DNA of 17,998 nucleotides. Source: Octopus sinensis (lineage: Eukaryota). Position numbers and translations under genes: made by a program. Numbering within the stretch: position 1 is the first letter of the stretch; each line of letters opens with the position of its first letter. This document shows positions 9,391 to 17,998 of the stretch, one piece after another. The notes under the pieces were generated by a model, which ran no database searches, had not been told where the DNA came from, and saw nothing but the letters and a program-made list of their open reading frames with translations. The stretch lies in contig NW_021825019.1 of NCBI RefSeq assembly GCF_006345805.1, positions 1-17,998 on the forward strand. The letters run 5' to 3'.

Positions 9391-9789
9391 AGGCACCGGA
9401 GTGGCTGTTTGGTAAGTAGCTTGCTAACCAACCACATGGTTCCGACTGCGTGGCATCTTGGGCAAGTGTCTTCTGCTATAGCCCCGGGCCGACCAATGCC
9501 TTGTGAGTGGATTTGGTAGACGGAAACTGAAAGAAGCCTGTCGTATATATGTATATATATAAGTGTGTGTGAATATGTTGTGTGTTTGTGTTGTTCCCCT
9601 AGCATTGCTTGACAACGATGCTGGTGTGTTTACGTCCCCGTCACTTAGCGGTTCGGCAAAAGAGACCGATAGAATAAGTACTGGGCTTACAAAGAATAAG
9701 TCCCGGGGTCGATTTGCTCGACTAAAGGCGGTGCTCCAGCATGGCCTCAGTCAAATGACTGAAACAAATAAAAATATAAAGAAAAAGAG
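9391..9789 (+). mobile_element. tRNA-headed SINE family A, full length (about 400 bp), B-box deleted
   Basis: Seen: colinear with 12421-12836 and 13236-13650; A-box-like TGGCTGTTTGG, internal TA/TG tract, A-rich tail. Confidence 0.85.
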
Positions 9790-10122
9790 TATATATATAT
9801 ATATATATATATATATGCATATGTGGACACAGGACGTCACGAAAGGTGTACAACAAAACAAATACGAAACACGAGTACATGGAACAGGAACTGTTCTTTC
9901 GAACAACGAAAGACACAAATGGAAAACAAAACAAGCAACATAAAGAACGACCCTCATCAGTTGTTGGCGGTTTTTTAAGCCCCGTAATTTGGTGTGTGTG
10001 TTTGTGTGTGTGCATATACATATACATATATATATACACACACACATAAACATATACGCACACACTCACACATATACATATATATATATATATTCACACG
10101 CACACACACACACACAAAATAT

Positions 10123-10508
10123 AATTTTGGTTTTAAATTTTGCCATAAAGGCAGCAATTTGGTGGGCAGGGGATGAGTCTATTATATCGACCCCCGTATT
10201 CAACTGATACTTATTGACAACGAATGTCGACCTCGGCGGAATTTGAACTCAGAACGTAATGACAGACGAAATACCTATTTCTTTACTACCCACAAGGGGC
10301 AAAACACAGAGGGGACAAAATAAGGACAGACAAACGGATTAAGTCGATTATATCGACCCCAGTGCGTAACTGGTACTTAATTTATCGACCTCGAAAGGAT
10401 GAAAGGCAAAGTTGACATCGGCGGAATTTGAACTAAGAACGTAACGGCAGATGAAATACGGTTACGCATTTCGCCCGGCGTGCTAACGCTTCTGCCAGCT
10501 CGCCGCCT
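10123..10508 (-). mobile_element. tRNA-headed SINE family B, dimeric (head + unit + diverged second unit with a different tail)
   Basis: Seen: reverse complement of 10814 onward; the unit junction gtatttc recurs with a period of about 185 bp. Confidence 0.85.
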
Positions 10509-10599
10509 TACCCCCCCCCACACACACAATATAATAAAACAGAGTTTGATATAATTTGCTACGAGTGAACTGTTGTTTAAATGGTCTGCATGTTGAGTG

Positions 10600-10710
10600 C
10601 TACTTTATTTCAACAACCTCGGCAGGATTTGAACTCATTATATAAAAGACTAAATGGCTGAGAAAATACCGCGAGACACAACGCGCGAAGCACAATGCCC
10701 AGCGCTTTAG
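10600..10710 (-). mobile_element. Degenerate family-B-like SINE head
   Basis: Seen: minus strand gagttcaaatcctgccgaggtt resembles the family B B-box region; heavily diverged. Confidence 0.5.
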
Positions 10711-10813
10711 CTTTTTTTATCCAGCCTCCTTCATATGTGTGTGTGTGCGCCTGCGTACGTGTGTTTACACACATACATACATACTTACATGCATGCATAT
10801 ATACATATATACA

Positions 10814-11399
10814 GGCGGCGAGCTGGCAGAAACGTTAGCACGCCGGGCGAAATGCGTAGCTGTATTTCGTCTGCCGTTACGTTCTGAGTTCAAATTCCGC
10901 CGATTCGACTTTGCCTTTCATCCTTTCGGGGTCGATAAATTAAGTACCAGTTACGCACTGGGTTCGATATAATCGACTTAATCTGTTTATCTGTCCTTGT
11001 TTGTCCTCTCTGTGTTTAGCCCCTTGTGAGTAGTAAAGAAATAGGTATTTCGTCTGCCGCTACGTTCTGAGTTCAAATTCCGCTGAGGTCGACATTGCCT
11101 TTCATCCTTTCGGGGTCGATTAAATAAGTACCAGTTATGCACTTGGGTGGATATAATCGACTTAATCTGTTTATCTGTCCTTGTTTGTCCTCTCTGTGTT
11201 TAGCCCCTTGTGGGTAGTAAAGAAATAGGTATTTAGTTCTGAGTTCAAATTCCGCTGAGGTCGACATTGCCTTTCATCCTTTCGGGGTCGATTAAATAAG
11301 TACCAGTTACACACTGGGGTTGATGCAATCGACTTAATCCCATTGTCTGTCCTTGTTTGTCCCCTCTATGTTTAGCCCCCTGTGGGCAATAAAGAAATA
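10814..11399 (+). mobile_element. tRNA-headed SINE family B, trimeric (one head + three body units of about 183 bp)
   Basis: Seen: head ggcggcgagctggcagaa; units begin gtattt at 10862, 11045 and 11229, each with B-box GAGTTCAAATTCC. Confidence 0.9.
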
Positions 11400-11761
11400 T
11401 ATATAAACATATGCAACGTGCTTATCGATGATTATCAGAAGAAAGAGCATTCGATTTCGGTAAAGAAATTAATATTGATGCTTTGGTCAAATCAGTTCCT
11501 TGCTATTCTGACCCTCCTTTGTCGGCGAACATTTACGATACACCCGATAAACCTATGCACCGACAGGCGAAACTCAGAGTAGCAAGAGACTAACTCGACG
11601 TATATGTGATCATCACACACACACACATATGTATATATATACATGCATACACATCCATACGTGGGCCTGTGTGTGTACTTAGATTTGTCTTCAGCCCTCC
11701 GCTCTTGATGGAATCACAAGAGCGTCATTTTAACTTACTGTCTATTTTAACTATTTAAACC

Positions 11762-11810
11762 TAACGGAACTCGTCTCCCTCTGTGTGTGTGTGTGTGTAT
11801 GTGTGTGTGT

Positions 11811-11844
<34 letters not shown>

Positions 11845-11926
11845 CTTGTGTCTGCCTTTGTTTCCCCACCACCACTTAAAAACTGGTGTTGTGTCTACGT
11901 CACCGTAACTTAACGGTTTGGCAGCC
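11762..11926 (+). mobile_element. Family A SINE fragment (middle part with expanded (TG)n)
   Basis: Seen: the sequence after the TG tract (ccaccaccac...ctggtgtt...cgtaacttaacggtttggca) matches 12637-12700. Confidence 0.65.
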
Positions 11927-11971
11927 GACAGCAGCAGAGGAATCATCCCTGCCGGTGTTGCACTTGTACAA

Positions 11972-12390
11972 AGAGATGAAAAATAAAGTTGATCTGATGG
12001 GATTCGAACTCAGAGCTCAGAGGTTTTGACTAAGCATTACAAGGCATTCTGTCAAGCGCACTAACCAATTTACCCATTAGCCTCCTTTCCTTCCCACACA
12101 CACCTTCTCTACACACCCGAGTATTTGTGTGGGATGGATTGACCTCGGCGGAGTTTGAACTCAAAAAGTAATATAGATATTCATAAATACCGTAAAACCA
12201 TTTTAATTCAACCGTCGTCTCTTTTAGCCAGTGTTCTTAAAAATAATCGTTTGCCACAAGGCCAGATATTTCGGGGTGGGAGGTAGCTAGTCGGTACCAT
12301 TGAACCACAGTACTTGAGCGGTACTCTGTTTTATCGATTACCCTAGAAGAATGATGACTTTAATAGGCTTTGAATTCAGAATGTAAAGTT
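11972..12390 (-). mobile_element. Several old family-B-like SINE fragments (about 11972-12085, 12139-12230, 12240-12390)
   Basis: Seen: minus-strand B-box-like GAGTTCGAATCCC and GAGTTCAAACTCC, plus a tail ctggccttgtggcaaa similar to the 10123-10170 tail. Confidence 0.55.
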
Positions 12391-12420
12391 CTCTTCTGGG
12401 AAATTTGCGAATCCAAACCA

Positions 12421-12574
12421 GATGCAGGGGTGGCTGTGTGGTAGGGAGTTGGCTTCCCAACCACATCGTTCCAGGTTCAGTCCCACAGCGTGGCACCTTG
12501 GGTGAGAGTCTTCTTCTACAACCTCGGGCTGGCCAGAGCCTTGTGAGTGGACTTGGTACACGGAAACTAGAAAG

Positions 12575-12614
<40 letters not shown>

Positions 12615-12836
12615 TTGTGTCTGTGTTTCTTCCTCCACCACCAGTGCTTACCAACCGGTGTTGGTGCATTTCCGTCTCTGTAACTTAACGGTTCGGCACA
12701 AGAGAGAAAGATAGCATAAGTACCAAACTTTAAAAAAAAATTAAATGAGCATAAGTACTGAGTCGATTTGTTCGACTGAAATTCTTCGAGGCAGAGCTCC
12801 AGTATGGCCGCAGTTAATGACTGAAAAAAGTGAAAG
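12421..12836 (+). mobile_element. tRNA-headed SINE family A, full length
   Basis: Seen: TGGCTGTGTGG A-box-like, GGTTCAGTCCC B-box-like, internal (GT)n, conserved 3' end ctccagtatggccgcag. Confidence 0.85.
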
Positions 12837-13144
12837 ATTTTTGGTATCACAGCTCATGATATTGTGTTGGTTTGTGGAACGTAGCGAGGCTGACAGTTTG
12901 GTAAAGGAATTATCTATTTTTATCATCTGTTCTCATCTGTATTAAGGGCCTCAGAGAGCATCGTATGAATTATATATGCACCAAAGAGCATCCTGGGCAA
13001 AATGTGCATTATGTCCACCAGAACGTATCAGTATGTGCACTAAAGTGCATTTTGTGCATCTTGACTGACCCTCTCACAGATTTGCCATCCACTGCTCTGA
13101 GATATTTGCATGCATCGAAAACTACCAGTCTTACGCAAACACTT

Positions 13145-13936
13145 TGGTCTGGGGTTCAGAAACTCGCTTAGCAACCTCGTGGTTTTAGGTTCGGTCTCAC
13201 TGTGCAATACCTTGGATAAGAAACTTCAACTATAGACGTAGGAGTGCCTGTGTGGTAAGTAGCTTGCTTACGAACCACATGGCTCCAGGTTCAGTCCCAC
13301 AGCGTGGCACCTTGGACAAGTGTCTTCTACTATAGCCTCGGGCAGACCAAAGCCTTGTGAGTGGATTTTGGTAGACGGAAACTGTAAGAAGTCCGTCGTA
13401 TATATGTATATGTGTTTGCGTGTGTGTATGTTTGTGTGTCTGTGTTTCCCCCACCGCCAACATCGTTTGAAAACCGATGTTGGTGTGTTTACGTACCCGT
13501 AACTTAGCGGTTCGACAAAAGAGACCGATAGAATAAGTACTAGGCTTACAAAGAATAAGTCCTGGGATTGATTTGCTCGACTAAAGACAGTGCTCCAGCA
13601 TGGCTGCAGTCAAATGACTGAAACAAGTAAAAGAGTTAGGAGTAAAAGAGTATAGTTCCCGATCCACCAATGCCTTGTGAGTGAAATTGGTAGGCGGAAA
13701 CTGTGCGGAAGCCTGCGTGTGAGTACTTTGTGCTTGTGTTTGTCCCCTCAAACCCACCCCCACTGGTTGACAACCGATGTTGGTTTGTTTTCGCTCGAGT
13801 AATTCAGCGTTTCGGTGAAATAGATCGATGGAAAAATTATCAGACTTTAAAAAGTAAGTACCGGGACCGATTTCTTCGATTAAAACAGCAGGTTGCTCCA
13901 GCAAGGCCATAGTCCAATGGTTGAACAAATAAAAGG
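13145..13936 (+). mobile_element. Old, diverged family A SINE split by a younger copy (host halves 13145-13235 and 13651-13936)
   Basis: Seen: the two halves join into one colinear family A copy at the duplicated TATAG. Confidence 0.75.
13236..13650 (+). mobile_element. Younger family A SINE with TATAG target-site duplication (13231-13235, 13651-13655)
   Basis: Seen: complete head-to-tail copy ending in a duplicated agtaaaagag tail. Confidence 0.88.
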
Positions 13937-14070
13937 TTTGCTACCTGACACACAAACACATCTGTCAATGCGACGCCATATAAACATGCACACACATATA
14001 CACACATGCACGCACTCTCACACACACACAAACACATGCATACACCTCTGTATTTATATATATGTACATG

Positions 14071-15700
14071 TGTGTATGAGTGCGTGTGTGTGTGTGTGTA
14101 CGTGTGTGTGTTGTGCGTCTGTGTTTTATTCCTTTAAATTTCTCATATTAACTGTTGATTACCGATTCCTTTTGGCTATAGTCACACACTCACACACACA
14201 CACACACCCAAACACATACACACACATACATACACACATACAGAGTAGCATAATTCCCTAACCACCTCTCTCTCCTCTTCCTCTTACTCCTCCTCTACCC
14301 TATTTGCTTAAATTTGCTTTTAATTCACCGCTACCACCCCCTTCTTTCACACCTTTGCAATGGCGTGGCTTAAGCGTGTGTGTGAAGTGACGTGTATGTG
14401 TGTGTTGTGGTGTATACGTGCGTGTGCATGCGTGCTAGGGGAATTGTGTTTGTCGCCGAGCGTGTATACCTGTGTGTGGTGTGTGTGCTCGCGTTTGTGT
14501 TATGGCGTGTGTCTCTCTGTGTTTCTGGTCCGTATGTGTATGAGTGCGTGTATGTGTGTGTGTATGTGTGTGTGGTGTGTGTGTGTGTGGTGTGTGTGTG
14601 TGTGTGTGTGTGTTGTGTGTGTGTGTGTGTGTGTGTGTGCGTCTGTGTTTTATTCCTTAAATTTCTCATATTAACTGTTGATTACCGATTCCTTTTGGCT
14701 ATAGTCACACACTCACACACACACACACACCCAAACACATACACACACATACATACACACATACAGAGTAGCATAATTCCCTAACCACCTCTCTCTCCTC
14801 TTCCTCTTACTCCTCCTCTACCCTATTTGCTTAAATTTGCTTTTAAATTCACCGCTACCACCCCCTTCTTTCACACCTTTGCAATGGCGTGTGCTTAAGC
14901 GTGTGTGTGAAGTGAACGTGTATGTGTGTGTGTGTGTGTATACGTGCGTGTGCATGCGTGCTAGGGGGAATTGTGTTTGTCGCCGAGCGTGTATACCTGT
15001 GTGTGGTGTGTGTGCTCGCGTTTGTGTTATGGCGTGTGTCTCTCTGTGTTTCTGGTCCGTATGTGTATGAGTGCGTGTATGTGTGTGTGTATGTGTGTGT
15101 GGTGTGTGTGTGTGTGGTGTGTGTGTGTGTGTGTGTGTGTTGTGTGTGTGTGTGTGTGTGTGTGTGCGTCTGTGTTTTATTCCTTAAATTTCTCATATTA
15201 ACTGTTGATTACCGATTCCTTTTGGCTATAGTCACACACTCACACACACACACACACCCAAACACATACACACACATACATACACACATACAGAGTAGCA
15301 TAATTCCCTAACCACCTCTCTCTCCTCTTCCTCTTACTCCTCCTCTACCCTATTTGCTAAATTTGCTTTTAAATTCACCGCTACCACCCCCTTCTTTCAC
15401 ACCTTTGCAATGGCGTGTGCTTAAGCGGTGTGTGTGAAGTGAACGTGTATGTGTGTGTGTGTGTGTATACGTGCGTGTGCATGCGTGCTAGGGGAATTGT
15501 GTTTGTCGCCGAGCGTGTATACCTGTGTGTGGTGTGTGTGCTCGCGTTTGTGTTATGGCGTGTGTCTCTCTGTGTTTCTGGTCCGTATGTGTATGAGTGC
15601 GTGTATTTGTGTGTATGTGGTGTGTGTTGTGTGTGTGGTTTGTGTGTGTGTGTGTGTGTTGTGTGTGGTGTGTGTGTGTGGTGTGGCGTGCGTGTGTGTA
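14071..15700 (+). repeat. Tandem triplication of a unit of about 525 bp bounded by (GT)n tracts
   Basis: Seen: anchor gcgtctgtgttttattcc at 14115, 14639 and 15166; anchor tgtgtatgagtgcgtgt at 14071, 14535, 15062 and 15588. Confidence 0.95.
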
Positions 15701-16201
15701 CGTGATTTTTCATTACTGCAGTTTTATATATAATCTTTCGGCAGACTTATTGCAAGGAGACGAGGCTAGAGAAGAAAAAAGACCCTCATAAAACGCGAAT
15801 AAAAAACACACATACACACACAAACATGCACGCACACACACATACAGCCATCGACCCACCCCCAACACACACACAAAGAATATCGGAAACCCATAGCGAG
15901 ATTTACATTATATACGGTTGTGCGTGCATTTATGTATACGTACACAGACACGTGAGCGCGCGCGTGCTCAAGTAAACACACACACCACACACACACACAC
16001 CACATACACAAACACACAGGGGTTGGCCAAAATAATTAAAACAACAGAAATTTAACTCCAATATTTCAATGAGCAATTATATTACGAATATTCATCCAAA
16101 TTTCACGGAGTGTTTATTTTTTTGTATTGTAGATGGTTTTATTTATCTAATTTAATTATTATTTCGATCTTTTTCCAGATCATATTATAAATTAAGTTAA
16201 G

Positions 16202-17433
16202 ATCTGTGACCTCACTGAATTCGAAAACAGGGCAAATTGTTGGAGCTCGAACGGCAGAAGCAACTGTCACCAGAAAAGCCGAACTATTTGGTTTGTCGGG
16301 AGCTACCATATCAAGGACCATTACTGAGTTTGTTGCTGTTGTTATCGTTGTCGTCGTTGTTGTTGGTGTTGTTTTTATTTAGCCCTAGGTCTGGCCTGAT
16401 GCTAGAAACTTATGATCCGTTCGAACAGTTGCAACTATATTCCTCTCGCCTTTTATTAAAGCTTAGTACATCTAGGTCTACATAATTTTCCAATATGTCC
16501 GTACTTCTTTTGAAATAAGGATTCACTTAAAAAAATACATGACCTCCAGCAGGCGGAGTAAGTCTGGCAGGACTTCGAAGCACACTGAAAGAGGCCTTAG
16601 AGTGTTGACTCGCATTGTGATGAAAAATCACCGGACAACTACCCTTAAAGTGATTACAGAGTTGAATCAACATCTGACTAGTCCAGTTTCAACCAAAACT
16701 GTTCGCCGTGAGCTCAATAAAGCCGGACATCATGGAAGAGCCACCATCAAGAAACCTCTGCTTTCTTATCAAAACATTCAGAAAAGACTGAACTGGTGTA
16801 GAGATCACAAGGGCTGGTCGACAGACCAATGGAAGTAATATTCTCCGACGAGTCCAGTTTTTCTCTTTTCCCCACTGCAGGGCGAGCTTATGTTTGGAGG
16901 CAGCCCGCAGAAGCTTTTAAGCCTAACAGCTTTCTTCCTACAGCGAAGCACGGAGGAGAGTCTGTGATGGTTTGGGCAACCATTTCTTGGAATTCTCTTG
17001 GTCCAATCGTTGATCTGCATGGTAGGAACAACAACAACAATAATTATCTGAATATTTTGGGAAATCAAGTCTTTCCCATGGCCCAAACATTATTCCCTGA
17101 CGGTGAGAGCAGCGTCCCAGAAGACAATGCTCCAGTACACACCTCTCATGTGATTAAGAATTGGTATGAAGTGTATAGTAGTGAGCTACAACACATGGAC
17201 TCCCCCCCCCGCCTCAATCTCCAGATCTTGATATTATTGAGCATCTGTGGTGCATCTTGGAGCGACAATATAGAAATCGTTACACTCTTTCGTCGTATCT
17301 GCAACAACTGGAGAAAGTTTTGCGGGAAGAATGGTCCAAGATTCCTCTCGATGAAATCAGGAAACTGTATGAATCAGTTCCAAGACGCATCGAAGTTGTT
17401 CAGAAAGCTAAAGTAGCACCAATTCCATATTAA
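16202..17433 (+). pseudogene. Tc1-family transposase pseudogene, probable DD36E (Incomer-like)
   Basis: Seen by joining frames: DLTEFE/GQIVGAR...TISRTITEF, [200-bp insert], TSSRRSKSGRTSK...KPLLS...WSTDQWK, IFSDES (D 16847), VMVWATIS, EDNAPVH (D 17123), SPDLDIIEHLW (E 17239), ...VPRRIEVVQKAKVAPIPY-stop (17431-17433). Frameshifts near 16229, 16535, 16836 and 17210; probable start codon decayed to ATC. Confidence 0.9.
16332..16533 (-). repeat. About 200-bp segment copy 2, inserted inside the Tc1 transposase reading frame
   Basis: Seen: interrupts ...ACT GAG TTT | AAA AAA...ACC TCC AGC; about 95% identical to 8423-8623. Confidence 0.9.
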
Positions 17434-17436
17434 ATA

Positions 17437-17998
17437 CGAGGGGCGTTCAATAAGAAATGCCCCTGATCCATTTCCCATAGAAGTAGAGCAACGAAACTTG
17501 GCACAGTTATTAGTCTTTTTCTACATAGGAACCACCCAGAGTTACGCATTTCTCCCATTGTTTGATGCAGCTCTGGAGACCGTTTTTGTAGAAGAACCCA
17601 GCTTGGTCCTCCAACCACGACGTGACTACAGAAATCAAGGCTGCATCATCTGGGAAACACTTTCCTTTCAAAAACAACTTCATGGCTGGGAAGAGGTGAA
17701 AATCAGAGGGTGCAAGGTCAGGAGAGTATGGGGATGGGGGAAGAGTTCATAGCCGCACGCCTGTGCTTCTGATCTGGCGACACGCGAGTTGTGGACTGGA
17801 GCGTTGTCCTGCAATAGGAGGATGCCTTTGCTGATCTTGCCCCGCCTCTTGGTTTTGATAGCTTCTCTTAATTTCCTCAAAAGTGAAGCATGATAGGCTC
17901 CTGTAATTGTGGTACCCTTTTCCAGGAAATCTGTCATCACTACTCCGTCCTGATCCCAGAAGACTGTGAGCATGACCTTGCCAGCGGAGGGCTGCACC
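17437..17998 (-). mobile_element. mariner (DD34D) transposon, 3' portion, truncated by the window edge
   Basis: Seen: TA at 17435-17436, then TIR-like CGAGGGGCGTTCAATAAGAAATGCCCCTGA (internal AGGGGC/GCCCCT inverted repeat); transposase on the minus strand. Confidence 0.9.
17510..17998 (-). pseudogene. mariner transposase C-terminal half with one frameshift near 17730
   Basis: Seen: SAGKVMLTVFWDQDGVV...LLQDNAPVH...HP(P)YSPDLAPSDFHLFPAMK...WEKCVTLGGSYVEKD-stop (17512-17510). The second D to the final D spans 34 residues after a 1-nt correction. Confidence 0.92.

Larger units (their letters stand above)
16017..17436 (+). mobile_element. Tc1-type DNA transposon, decayed; left TIR present, right part displaced by the mariner insertion
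   Basis: Seen: TIR-like start CAGGGGTTGGCCAAAATAATTAAAACAAC at 16017 followed by a Tc1 transposase remnant; no right TIR in the window; the left flank reads CA rather than TA. Confidence 0.85.

Noticed and set aside
11432-11593. 53-codon stop-free frame LSEERAFDFGKEINIDALVKSVPCYSDPP...
   Set aside because: No early start codon (only a late ATG), weak acceptor, no recognisable homology; length expected by chance.
12970-13120. Cluster of TGCAC/TGCAT words
   Set aside because: Does not match the full metal-response element TGCRCNC and forms only 5-bp stems.
9391-13300. tRNA genes at the SINE heads
   Set aside because: A/B-box-like motifs continue into SINE bodies; no complete cloverleaf or acceptor stem.
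10862-15700. CRISPR-like or satellite reading of the 183-bp and 525-bp repeats
   Set aside because: No unique spacers or cas genes; eukaryotic context; explained as SINE multimers and a tandem duplication.
17027-17046. (AAC)n run encoding six Asn inside the Tc1 catalytic domain
   Set aside because: Most simply post-insertion slippage in a dead element; no functional implication.

Overview
AT-rich, microsatellite-saturated metazoan DNA. The SINE families and simple-repeat load look like an octopus/coleoid genome; this is inference from recalled repeat sequences, not a database result. The only convincing intact gene is a single-exon minus-strand bHLH transcription factor (7394..5946, 482 aa) of the Fer3/FERD3L (NATO3) type, with large Ser/Thr-, Asn/His- and Asp-rich low-complexity tracts. 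Upstream of it (about 7400-9130) is a trinucleotide-repeat-rich region with two CCAAT boxes 32 bp apart and a CAGGTAG cluster. 9390-13940 is a dense cluster of two tRNA-headed SINE families, including a SINE-in-SINE insertion with a TATAG target duplication, dimer/trimer copies and an inverted pair. 14070-15700 is a near-identical triplication of a unit of about 525 bp. 16017-17998 is a nest: a decayed Tc1-type transposon (probably DD36E/Incomer) is split by a 200-bp segment that also occurs upstream of the bHLH gene, and a DD34D mariner is inserted just after its stop codon. The left end has a possible plus-strand exon (147-250), a 280-bp dispersed duplication and a bulge-free 62-nt hairpin. 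Nearly all other ORFs in the track are translations of simple repeats. I found no clearly new multi-gene system; the best leads are the 200-bp segment, the hairpin and the candidate exon.
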